Positions 24,701 through 36,179 of a stretch of DNA of 64,000 nucleotides are shown here, in pieces; the stretch's first letter is position 1; every line of letters starts with the position of its first letter. The notes below the pieces were generated by a model. It did no database searches, was not told where the DNA came from, and worked only from the letters and a program-made list of their open reading frames with translations. Both the position numbers and the translations under genes were made by a program. The DNA comes from Leucoraja erinacea (Eukaryota), in NCBI RefSeq assembly GCF_028641065.1, contig NC_073387.1, forward strand, positions 45,260,001-45,324,000, written 5' to 3'.

Positions 24701-27700
24701 TATAGCATTTTTATAGTAAATATTACTGGTGTATTTATTTCATGGTCACTTGGTGTTCCATGATCACATCTAAATGCAGTTTAAGTAACAGAAAATTACT
24801 TTTAAAAGCAACCCAAAATACCTATATCATTGAATCTATTAAGTAATGATGGCAAATTTCCTCAAATCAATTCAGATTCAGATTCAATTTTAATTGTCAT
24901 TGTCAGTGTACAGTACAGAGACAACGAAATGCATTCGTTTCATTTCAAAAATGAAATTCATATTTCAGTTTCTTGTGCAAATTGGCTATGATGATGTTGT
25001 CCTTGACATTATTACTGCACTTCACAAAACAATGTGGGGATTGATTTTTCTTGGTCTAAAATACTTGTGTCCTAGTTTTTTTCCTTTATTTCTTCTACGA
25101 TAACAATTTTTTCCCAATGTAACTATTTCATGTTTCAGATCAACTACAATTTATAAAATTACCACACACAGTGCCCTCCCTAATGTTTGGGACAAAGACC
25201 CATTTATTTATTTGCCTCTACTCCACAATTTGATATTTGTAATAGAAAATAAATCACATGTGGTTAAAGTGCACATTGTCAGATTTTAATAAAGGTCATT
25301 TTTGTACATTTTGGTTTCACCATGTAGAAATTACAGCAGTGTTTATACATAGTCCCCCCATTTCAGGGCACTATAATGTTTGGGACACAGCAATGTCATG
25401 TAAATGTAAACAAGTAGACATGTTTAGTATTTTGTTTCATACCCTTTGCATGCAATGACTGCTTGATGTCTGCGATTCACAGACATAACCACTTGCTGGG
25501 TGACTTCTCTGGTGATACTCTGTCTGCCAGGCCTGTATTGCAGCCATCTTTAGCTTATGCTTGTTTTGGGGGCTAGTCCCCTTCAGTTTTCTCTTCAGCA
25601 TATAAAAAGCATGGTCAATTGGGTTCAGAATGGGTGAATTATTTGGCCACTCAAGAATTGACCATTTTTCAGCTTTGAAATACTCAGTTGCTTTAGCAGT
25701 ATGTTTGGGATCATTATCTTGCTGTAGAATGAACTGCCGGCCAATGAGTTTTGAGGCATATGTTTGAACTTAAGCAGATAGGATGTGTCTATACACTCCA
25801 GAATTCATTAGGCTACTACCATCAGCATTTGTATCATCAATGATGATAAGTGAGCCAGTACCTTCAGCAGCCATACATGCCCAGTCCATAACACCCCCAA
25901 CGTTGTGTTTCACAGATGAGGTGGTATGCTTTGGATCTTGGGCAGTTCCTTCTCGCCTCCATACTTTACTCTTGCCATCACTCTGATATAAGTTAATCTT
26001 TGTCTCATCTGTCCACAAGACCTCTTTCCAGAACTGTGGTTGACTTGTAAGTACATCTTGGCAAACTGTAACCTATTTTTGTGGCTAACCAGTGGTTTGC
26101 CTCTGTATTTCTGTTCATGAAGTCTTCTGCAAACAGTGGTCATTGACAAACCCACACCTGACTCCTGAAGTGTGTTTCTGATCTGCCGGACAGGTGTTTG
26201 GGGATTTTTCTTTAATGTAGAGAGAATTCTTTTGTCATTGGCTGTGGAGGTCTTCCTTGGCCTGACAGCCCCTTTGCGAATAGTAAACTCACCAGTGCTC
26301 TCTTTCTTCTTAATGATGTTCTGAACAGTTGAATTTGGTAAGCCTAAGGTTGGACTGATGTCTCTAACAGTTTTATTCTTGTTTCTCAATCTCATAATGG
26401 CTTCTTTGACTTTCATTCGCACCACTTTGGTCGTCATGTTGATAAACAGTTATAAAAGTTTCCAAAGCTGATGGAAAGACTAGGTGCTGAGAGCTCTCTT
26501 ATACCTGCATTAAGGAGGCAATTAAACACACCAGAGCAATTACAAACACCTGCGAAGTCATGTGTCCCAAACATTATGGTGCCCTGAAATGGGTGGACTA
26601 TGTATAAACACAGATGTAATTTCTACATGGTGAAACCAAAATGTATAAAAATGGCCTTTCATAAAATCTGACAATGTGCCCTTTAATTAACATGTGATTT
26701 TTTTTTCCTTATTATAAATCTCAAATTGTGCAGTACAAAGGTAAGTAAATGATGGGTCTTTGTCCCCATACATTATGGCGGACACTGTATTTGTTAGGGA
26801 ATTTCTGACAAGTTTTTAAGAATGTAGCTTCAGCTTGAAATCTAGTCCTATTTTTCTGCTTTTGGCCTGTATCCTCTGCCTTTCCTATCTATGTAATTGT
26901 CCAAATAGTTATTAAATGTTATTGCACCTGCCTCGGGTATTGTCTGGCAGCTCGTTACAATTATCCATCGCCCTCTTTGTAGGCAAACGGTGCCCCTAGG
27001 GTTCTTTTTAAATCTTCCCCCCCCCCCCCCCCCCTTTATCTAATACCCTCATGGGCCTATGTATTTCTATAATAGCACTTTCCAGCCTTCTGCACACCAA
27101 GGAAGAAAATTGTCGGCTGCTCAATCTCTCGCTCTAGTCCTGGCACCAACCACTTATCTGATTAGTCACTTATCTGAATAATTGGAGCTCATTTGTTAAC
27201 AGACAGGCTAACATTTTTTAAATATTATTCTGTGAAATAAATATTCTGGATCCAGTTAACGGTTAAGGTATGTTATCCTTTCAGGGGAGTGTACGTTGCA
27301 TTGAAGATCATAAAGAACATTACTCGATACCGTGAAGCTGCTCGCTCAGAAGTACGTGTGCTAGAGGAAGTGCGTAACAAGGGTGCTGGCACATAGTAAG
27401 TACAAACTGAAATGAGCATTTTGAAATTAACAATATTCTCAGCAGTTATAATTAATTATTTTTTGGTTGTACTGTGCCATGGAAATCTATTTGAGGCATG
27501 TCTCTTTTACCACTTGGCACATTGCCTTGGGCTGAGTTTTTATTTTCTCTTTTTGAGTGCAAAAGAACTAGAAGTTTACTATATCAGTTTTGAATTTTGA
27601 CTATTTTTGTCCATGTAAAATGTTTTAATGTTTTTTTTTGCATGGTTAAAAGGTGGATTTAAGAAACTGAACTAAGTGGATGTCCAATATAATATCTCTA

Positions 27701-30700
27701 ATATCTCAATATAATACACTCTAATATTCTAATTTACAGTGGATGTGTTCAAGTACTGGATTGGTTTGATCATCATGGACATATTTGCATTGGGTTTGAA
27801 CTACTTGGACTCAGTACCTATGATTTCTTAAAGGAAAACAATTTCATGCCATTTCCAATGCACCATATTAAGCACATGGGTTATCAAATTTGTCATGCCT
27901 TGAACTGTGAGTAAAACCTGCATTGCTGAGTCGGGGTAATTGGATGGGAAATCACTTGATAGAATAAAATTTTGTATTCTTTGAATTGGTACTTATTATG
28001 TAAGTCTATCATGTATATACGCAAACAACTTTCCACCAGGGAAATTGCTGTATTTTTCCATGTCGTAATGCTTTAAAAATTATTATGGTGTCTGAAATAT
28101 TGAATTTATTGCACCTTATTTCAACTTTTAAAAGTAATTTGGACAGGTCATTGATAGGTGGGACTAGTGTGGATGGAGTATCTTGTTCAGCGTGGGCAAG
28201 TTGCGCCTAGGCCTGTCTCCATGTTGTCTATGACCTTATTGTATGGTAGCCCTTTCCTTCCCTGCATTGCCAACATGATCACACTAACTGGACAAGCTGT
28301 TTTAATTTTCAAGTGTTATTAATTTTTATTTAATCAAAGTGACTCTTTTTAAATCAATTTACTTTATTCTGAAATTTGAATTTGTGAATATCTGCTGATT
28401 CTCATTTTGAGTGAAAGTCAAGGGGCCACCCTCTATTTGGCACTTGAAATTGTGCTCTTGATCAATGCCCAGCAGCACTGCTGCTTTATTGGAGGTGTTG
28501 CCTTTAGACATTGAGTAAAGCCAGATATAATATGACGTGCTGTTCTTTGAAGTGCAATTCTGGTTTCTTGCTCAACTATCCAAAAGAACAGAATTAAGGG
28601 TAATTTATCTGTGACTTGCGGTAAAAATACAATTTATTTTTCTGTCACTATTTCACAGGGTGATTTGGGTTAACTTGTAATAAGTAAAAGCTATATATTC
28701 TGTTGTAACCTTGAAGGTTATTAAAAAATACTACTTAATTTGTGAAAACTATATACTTCTAGCAGTTTACTTTTTTTTTTAAATGGAGAGCATTAAATTG
28801 CTTTAGTTTACAACAAAATTGTTACGCTCAACCATAAACGGTATATAAACATTTTCTCTCCTAGTTTTGCATCAGAACAAGCTTACCCACACAGACCTCA
28901 AACCTGAAAATATACTTTTTGTGAATTCAGACTATCACATAGAATACAACAGTAAAACGGTCAGTTGATCTTTCAATTAAAGCTACATTATTTATTAATG
29001 AAGTGTTTTTCAGAGCTGCCAAGTATTGTCAGAGCATGTCAGTATTCTAGTACCTGAAAATCAGTATTTTGCTGAGAAAATCAGTATTTTGCTGAGAAAA
29101 TCAGTAGTTTTACATGGTGCCATTTTACTGATTTTTTTTTAATGTGCAGTCATACCTATGTAAGAGTACAAGAATGCATAGCTTTGCTACCAATTGACAT
29201 GTCTTCTACGCACTTTACTTGACAGGGCATTCATTGCCATCTTTTTGTATGCTGCTGTTTGGACGGCTGCTTCATGCTTTTAGCACCAGATGATGATATA
29301 GAAGCCATTTTGGGAGCCTCTCTCGCGCGCTCTCCCTCCCCCCCCCTTCTCCCCCCCTCCCCNNNNNNNNNNNNNNNNNNNNNNNNNNNNNNNNNNNNNN
29401 NNNNNNNNNNNNNNNNNNNNNNNNNNNNNNNNNNNNNNNNNNNNNNNNNNNNNNNNNNNNNNNNNNNNNNNNNNNNNNNNNNNNNNNNNNNNNNNNNNNN
29501 NNNNNNNNNNNNNNNNNNNNNNNNNNNNNNNNNNNNNNNNNNNNNNNNNNNNNNNNNNNNNNNNNNNNNNNNNNNNNNNNNNNNNNNNNNNNNNNNNNNN
29601 NNNNNNNNNNNNNNNNNNNNNNNNNCCCCCCCCTCCCCCCCCCTCCCTCCCCCCCCCCCCCTCCCCCCCCCCCCTCTCCCCCCCCCTCCCCCCCCCCCCC
29701 CCCCCCCCTCCCTCCCGCCCCCCCCCCTCTCCCTCCNNNNNNNNNNNNNNNNNNNNNNNNNNNNNNNNNNNNNNNNNNNNNNNNNNNNNNNNNNNNNNNN
29801 NNNNNNNNNNNNNNNNNNNNNNNNNNNNNNNNNNNNNNNNNNNNNNNNNNNNNNNNNNNNNNNNNNNNNNNNNNNNNNNNNNNNNNNNNNNNNNNNNNNN
29901 NNNNNNNNNNNNNNNNNNNNNNNNNNNNNNNNNNNNNNNNNNNNNNNNNNNNNNNNNNNNNNNNNNNNNNNNNNNNNNNNNNNNNNNNNNNNNNNNNNNN
30001 NNNNNNNNNNNNNNNNNNNNCCCCTCCCCCCCTCCTCCTTCCTTCCCCCTCCCGCCTTCCTCCCCCCGGACAGGCAGCCTGGAGAGAAGGAATGGGTGCC
30101 TTTTCTGGTCGAGACCCTTCTTCAGACTGAACTGAACTCCGTATTTTACAAAACCGTACATCCGTATTCTAATGGCATTTCCGTACAAAATACGGAAAAT
30201 CCGTACTACTTGGCAGCTCTGCTTTTTGTTGCTCGTCTGCATTTTATTTAATGGAAAAATAATTCCTGTTTCATAGAAACACGACGACAGAACGGTGATA
30301 AATCCAGACATCAAAGTTGTGGATCTTGGTAGTGCGACATTTGATGATGAGCATCACAGTACTGTAGTATCCACCAGACATTACCGTGCTCCAGAGGTCA
30401 TATTAGGTGAGTATGTTAGGAAATTATTTTGAAATGTAGTAAATATTCTGTGAGCTTTTGATAATCAAAAATCTCTCTTTCAAGAATTAGGATGGTCACA
30501 TCCATGTGATGTCTGGAGTATAGGATGTATATTGATTGAATATTATCTTGGTTTGACGTTGTTTCAGGTAAGAAACATTTCAATTGTTTTTATGTGATGT
30601 ACAATTTCTCAGTATTTCAGTTTGCTTTGTAGTGTGTTTCATGTGGGGATGGTTTCATCTCCTGGTTAATTCAAAACATTGTACATGATATTTAGAACAT

Positions 30701-33544
30701 AAGCAGGTCGTTTTGAGTAAACCGTCATTGCTAGTATTTATGCTGACCTCGGGATGCTAGTCGGCCTCCCTTAAGTGCATCCAATTTATTTGCGTAATCT
30801 TGTTCCCGTGGTAGTTTCCATCGCTCTAATAGCATTTCTTCTGAATTCCCTATTGGAGTTCTGCATGAGATTCTTTAATTTGTGGCTCTTAATAATACTC
30901 TTTTCAAGTGGAAAGGTTCGAGCTCCTTGCGCTATACAAACCTTTAGCTCACTTATTTTTTCCCGAAATTAAGAGGCTCAGCTTCTTTGTCCTTACTTGG
31001 TATGTATACCAGAACATTTGTCGTGCTCTTAAATCTTTGCAGCCTGTGTGGGTCAACCACGACAGTGCAATGCAGCTTGTTAATTCTCTACCCCTAGCAA
31101 TAACATTCTTGTGCTTGATTTGCATTCTTTAAAATGTTTTGCTAACTAGTTGCACGATTATTAGTGGTGGGTTATATATTATAAGATCACTTTTTTCTAA
31201 TCCACTGAGATTTAGCCTAAACATGACCTAATTGTGTCAAAATGTACAACTTGCATTAATCCGCAAACTTCAATCACCAATTACTTGCCTGTTATGTCCT
31301 ATAATTTGTTGGTCTTCATTTGGTTTTGACTTATTTCTACATTCCATCCTCAAAGGCTCCCAACATATTTAGAAATTATTTTAATTTGAGTTTAAATAGT
31401 TAATATCAATTGTGACATTAATTATCCTAGGAAGGTTATAGCTTAGCAGGGGAAGTGTTGTAAAGGTTTAACAGATTGATTCCTGGGACATAGTCGATGT
31501 CGGAAAGGAAGTTAAGCAAAATGGCTTTTTTGACTAATTTAAAAGAATGAGTTCTCATTGACCCTGTACACATTTTTTTCACTGCAGGCATGATTTCTCT
31601 TGATTGGGGTGTCTAGATTAGGGATCACGGTCTCAAGATACATTTAGAACTGAAGTGAAAAGAAATGGCTTCAAAGCTATGATTGATTTTGGTTATTGGG
31701 GGATTCTAGAAGGCAATGCTGGGGTTAGGTCCACCATAGTCTTACTGAATAACAGAGATGGTGTAGTGGTTCACTGCTATTTCTTTGTGCTTAACGTTTT
31801 CTTATTTTTCAGACGCATGATAGCCGGGAGCATCTAGCTATGATGGAAAGGGTGATTGGGCCTATTCCAGCTGGTATGATTAGTAGCACACGGTAAATAT
31901 ATTTATTTTTATTTAAGCAAGTGTATTTAGTCTAAAGTAAATCTTTGCCTATGTCATTAAAATCTGTATAATTTCAGGATTTGTTTCATTATGCAAATCA
32001 ATTTGTTTCATTATGCAGTCACTTTTCAAGAAAAGACTAGATTTTCTTTTTGTATTTTTAAAAGTTTGTTTGATTGCGCTCTAGATAATTACATTTACAA
32101 AAAGAATTGGCAATGGAACAATGAACATTTATTGTACAGTTATAAATGGTTATGTTTAATCTGAAGAGATAGCTTGGACATTGAGAGCACCGGATTGGGA
32201 TGTTTGTAGTAATAAGAACTAATATGGTTTTCTCTTGACCATCTCCAAAATGAATGGAGAGTTTCTGTTCCCATTAATAGGAATAGAATCTTGGTCTGAT
32301 GAAGGGTCTCTTTCCTTCCCCCCCCCCCCTAAAATGTCAGATGTTCCTTTTCTCCAGAGATGCTGCCTGACCCGTTGCGTTACTCCAACATTTTGTGTTT
32401 ATCTTATTCTACCCTAACCTTTATGAATTTCCTATTTAGTAGATTTTTGTGCAAAAGTTTAAACTTGTCATCTGAGTTTTAAGATTTGATTTGGGGGCAT
32501 GCTTCTGAATTTTGAAAGTTACAAAATATGGTTCGCTCTTTACATTCCTGAATTGGGTTAAGTGCCTACTTGATTGACAAATAGAAGGCCTGGTGGCATC
32601 TTGTACAAGGTCTGCCAAAGATTTTTTAATCTGGATTTTATGGAGATTATTATATCCCAGAAGTGGTTTATAGTTTTTATTAACTGTAGTACATGTAAAT
32701 GTTTAATATTTCATTACATTCATATTACAGTCATTCTCAGATTAACAGGAAACTAGCTGTTTCAGACACGTTAGTTTAAAAAGATGTTCTTATAGTATTA
32801 TAAGACTTTGTTAGGACATGGAGTGCAAATTTTGATGGTACACTGTGGTGAGTGGTTTGCAAAAATGTTTTAATGATTACACCCACCTGGACTAGGGAAA
32901 ATTGGGGTAAATTAACTTAATTATATTTTGTCCTGAGCTGTATTTGCAAACAGACATTCTTGCTGTAGATGTATCAGTATGTGGTCTTGGAAAATTAAAT
33001 GATGTATGTTTAATGTACAAGAAAAATTCACAAATGCATTTGTGTTAAATGTAATCAATGCAGAATTATTTTGCAATTACATTTTTCTGATGTTTCAGAC
33101 TCTGGTAACCTAACCTAATGAAAATGAACTGGGTTATCATATGCTACCTTGGATGTTAACAGTAGTTTTTTTTTTTTTCCCTAGGAAGTCCAAATATTTT
33201 CATCATGAACAGTTGGATTGGGATGAAAATAGTTCTGCTGGGCGATATGTTAGGAAACGCTGCAAACCTTTGAAGGTATGGATAGTAAGGCCATAGTGTG
33301 CTTTTACGTGGCCTATTCTTGGTCAAATGTCTGTACATTGCCAAAGATCAGGAGGTTGGTTTAGTTGATGTACTCTGAGATTATGTATTCAAATGCAATC
33401 TTAATTATTTTGCAGGAGTACATGTCTTCCAAAATCTCTGAACATCAGCAACTTTTTGATTTAATTGAAAAGATGATGACCTATGAACCTTCAAAAAGAA
33501 TACGGCTGGATCAAGCATTGCAACATCCATTTTTTTCACATTGA
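21626..33544 (+). CDS. CLK4: Dual-specificity LAMMER kinase CLK4-like; spliced CDS of 12 coding exons, 1449 nt, 482 aa
   Basis: All exons join in frame at GT-AG sites; [38 protein letters not shown] motifs; CLK4 rather than CLK1 is inferred from adjacency to COL23A1. Confidence 0.9.
21857..22109 (+). CDS. CLK4: CLK4 exon 3 ([10 protein letters not shown]...SSNHSHS)
   Basis: ttcttatag acceptor, TCG|gtaaga donor; 253 nt. Confidence 0.88.
23159..23249 (+). CDS. CLK4: CLK4 exon 4, 91-nt regulated cassette exon ([30 protein letters not shown])
   Basis: tacag acceptor, weak T|gtatag donor; EDDEEGHL motif. Confidence 0.95.
23753..23819 (+). CDS. CLK4: CLK4 exon 5 ([22 protein letters not shown])
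   Basis: ccag acceptor, gtaagt donor; glycine-rich loop. Confidence 0.95.
25169..26787 (-). mobile_element. Full-length decayed Tc1-family transposon (IR/DR type) in CLK4 intron 5
   Basis: About 220-bp TIRs starting CAGTG, internal repeated TAATGTTTGGGACA, TA on right flank; frameshifted transposase with HTH N-terminus, [24 protein letters not shown]. Confidence 0.92.
27285..27395 (+). CDS. CLK4: CLK4 exon 6 ([36 protein letters not shown])
   Basis: tttcag acceptor, gtaagt donor; catalytic Lys and alphaC Glu. Confidence 0.95.
27740..27906 (+). CDS. CLK4: CLK4 exon 7 ([33 protein letters not shown]...ICHALN)
   Basis: ttacag acceptor, gtgagt donor; 167 nt; hinge FELLG. Confidence 0.95.
28865..28959 (+). 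CDS. CLK4: CLK4 exon 8 ([32 protein letters not shown])
   Basis: cctag acceptor, gtcagt donor; catalytic loop. Confidence 0.95.
29011..30221. mobile_element. hAT-like non-autonomous element in CLK4 intron 8 spanning two assembly gaps
   Basis: 15-bp TIR CAGAGCTGCCAAGTA / TACTTGGCAGCTCTG; subterminal 20-bp repeats; TSD not clean. Confidence 0.6.
29363..30020. other. Assembly gaps (N 29363-29625 and 29737-30020) in poly-C low-complexity sequence
   Basis: Runs of N. Confidence 0.99.
30277..30406 (+). CDS. CLK4: CLK4 exon 9 ([43 protein letters not shown])
   Basis: catag acceptor, gtgagt donor; activation segment. Confidence 0.95.
30485..30567 (+). CDS. CLK4: CLK4 exon 10 ([28 protein letters not shown])
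   Basis: ttcaag acceptor, gtaaga donor; DVWSIG. Confidence 0.95.
31813..31892 (+). CDS. CLK4: CLK4 exon 11 ([26 protein letters not shown])
   Basis: tttcag acceptor, gtaaat donor; LAMMER signature. Confidence 0.96.
33185..33275 (+). CDS. CLK4: CLK4 exon 12 ([30 protein letters not shown])
   Basis: poly-T...cctag acceptor, gtatgg donor. Confidence 0.95.
33416..33544 (+). CDS. CLK4: CLK4 exon 13, last coding exon ([42 protein letters not shown]-stop)
   Basis: tgcag acceptor; TGA 33542-33544. Confidence 0.9.
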   Translation, partial: EYMSSKISEHQQLFDLIEKMMTYEPSKRIRLDQALQHPFFSH

Positions 33545-33848
33545 GAAAGAAAGGCCATGGTTGACAAAATGAATTATTTTGTAGAACTTGTAAATTAATT
33601 TATATTCTCCCCAGGAGAATGGCTAGACTGTGTCAGTCTGTATTCAAGTTTTTAATTTTGAAATGGTACAAATTTATTAAGATGCCATTTTTTTTGGTGT
33701 TGTCATGTGGGCATGTGCTGGCCTGTTTTGGAACCACTATTGCTTTGCAGTACTGCAATTTATGGAAAGTGGGAACCATTTTCTTATCTGAAGGTTTTTG
33801 TATTTTATTACCTCATTTATTGTAATTTATTGTCAGCATTAACTGTGC

Positions 33849-33854
33849 AATAAA
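33849..33854 (+). terminator. CLK4: CLK4 polyadenylation signal AATAAA with downstream T/GT-rich tract
   Basis: First AATAAA after the stop codon, followed by T-rich sequence. Confidence 0.7.
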
Positions 33855-34016
33855 GTTGTAATTTTTATCGTATTTTGATTTGTTTTCAGTTATGTTTTGT
33901 GAAGTGGAGCTCATTTTTATTTACTGGGGGGTGGGGGGAGGTAGGTATGTGAGCTCGCAACTGTTCTAATCGAGTTTATATTTGATTCTATTTAGGTTTG
34001 TTGGCTTTATTTATAA

Positions 34017-34032
34017 CTAGACCGTGGGACCT

Positions 34033-34071
<39 letters not shown>

Positions 34072-35772
34072 TTGTGGCGTCGGCGTTCACCCTGGAGACG
34101 CACCCCCCCCCGGAGCCAATCGCCCTCCATAAGGAAAATTGTGGAATTTATGGAGGCAATCTATCATCCCCACTTTGGGGGGGCTGGGTAGCCTGGACTC
34201 GACGTGTGAGGAGGAGGGGGGAGGTTGCGGGTGCTCTCTCTCTGGCCTTTTTTTTAAACTTTAATCACGAATAAAATATAGGATGAAATCTTGAGTGATC
34301 CTGAGTACTCCATGGACGGGAAAAATGTGAGTTAGAATATGTAACAATTCAAGCATTAGCATGTAGCGTTTTGAGAAAGATACAAAACATACACACATAC
34401 AAGATGAGACCTTTATAGGTATACCAGACCAACTGGGACCCGTTGGGTGTCTGTCACACGGGAGGCCTGGTCCACCAGCGCAAGCCGATCCCCTTACTCC
34501 AGCACTCGCGCGTAGCCGACAACTGCGAAGGGGCTGCTCATTTCGCCTTATTCAGCCTCTCATTTTTAAACTTGCTACGGTGAGCAGAACTCAGTGTACT
34601 TGGATAGCAACAATGTTGCGAGCAGGGCTAAGCACGGGAAAAAACAGTTATTTTTTCCAAGTTTCTGCACATTTGTGAACGATTTTTTTACATCATGGCA
34701 TAAATCTCTCAGAATATGTAAAAATGTCACCGTCAGTGCGTCGTTTTCGTGGAGATGTGAATCACAGACGAACAAACAGACGCAAATAAATACATCCACA
34801 TCCAAGATCAGAGTTTTATAATTATACTGGACTAAGTGGGACCCATTGGGTCCCAGCATTACACAGGAGAGCTGGTCCCCCAACGTAATATTCCACCGCC
34901 ACCAATTCCAATATTGGTGACCAGTGGTGGGGGGGGGATTTCTGGAGCGCTAGTACGGGTGTTGTGGGCGGCTGAAGGGACTGGTTTCCAGAAGGCTAGT
35001 ATGGACATTGTGGGCCGAATGGATTCTTAGGCTGGCAGCTCGGTAACTCAAGCCTGTTGTGCTGGCAGTTCACTCACTCACGGCTTGTGGGCTGGCAGTT
35101 GACTCTCGGCTATTCCTTGAAATTCCATTTCAAGCAGGGTGCAAGGTCACAAAATTCAAGTGCAGTTTCATAGCATTTCAAGCAGGGTGCAAGGCCACTA
35201 AAGACAGCGAGTTGTGACCTCTCCATCTTGCAAAGACAGAGCCACACCCACATTTCTGGGTTTTAAAATCCCTCGCACCAAAAGGGGCGTGGTCTTCATG
35301 GGCGTGATTGACAGGAGATTTTTTTTAAACATTAAAATCATACTTTTATGAGTACCTCATTTGACATACAATAATAACTTATTATTATTTATTCAAATCG
35401 TTTCCTATGTCGCTCTTCCAGGGAGATGCTAAATGCATTTTGTTGTCTCTGTACTGTACACTGACAATGACAATTAAAATTGCTGATCTGAATCTTTCAT
35501 CGATGGGAAAAATCCTCTTGTCCTGCGCAGCGGAAGGGAGTCCAGGGATATGGGGAGAAGGCAGGCACGGGTTATTGATAGGGGACGATCAGCCATGATC
35601 ACAATGAATGGAGGTGCTGTCTCGAATGGCCTCCTCCTGCACCTATTTTCTATGTTTCTATGGGGCTCAGGTGGCCAAAAATCACAGCCGTAAGTGGCAG
35701 GTTTTTTTTCTACAATCAATATACAGAACAACAGGAAGTGGTCAAGATCAGACTTTTAGTAATGTAAATAGA
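34017..35772 (-). mobile_element. Head-to-tail array of three non-autonomous Helitron-like units
   Basis: Minus-strand 3' ends (GGGACCC-type hairpin then CTAG/CTGG/CCAG) at 34017, 34424, 34827; shared 5' motif AAAA.TCT.ATCTTG near 34401, 34803, 35743; TC start at 35772. Confidence 0.7.
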
Positions 35773-36179
35773 CAGTTTTGTTCAATATTTTAAAATAAAA
35801 ATATCACATTTCAAGAAAAGTTAAGACAATATAATTTCACACCATGAAGAAAATTTGCATTTGGTTTTTAAGTATACCAGTGTATGTATGTATATAATAT
35901 GTAAATTAATAATGCAATTAGAATTGGGAAATGATAAAAAATACTAATTCAAAACCATCATTCACTTGGGAACAGTTCACCCTGTTTTATTGGGAGGGGT
36001 TGTTTTAAAAAAAATGCCGATTTCAATTGCTTGACAACATTGAAGTTCTTGATTAGTAAGGGTGCCAGAAGGTTACGGGAAGAAGGCAGGAGAATGGATT
36101 TGAGAGGGAAAAATAGATGACATAATTGAATGGTGTTGTAGCATTGATGGGCCTTAATGGCTTGATACTGCTATGATTT

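Noticed and set aside
28400-28550. Possible ancient DeuSINE-like fragment in CLK4 intron 7
   Set aside because: Similarity is too degenerate to support without an alignment
29259-30314. 330-344 aa ORFs
   Set aside because: Artefacts of translating through N gaps and poly-C
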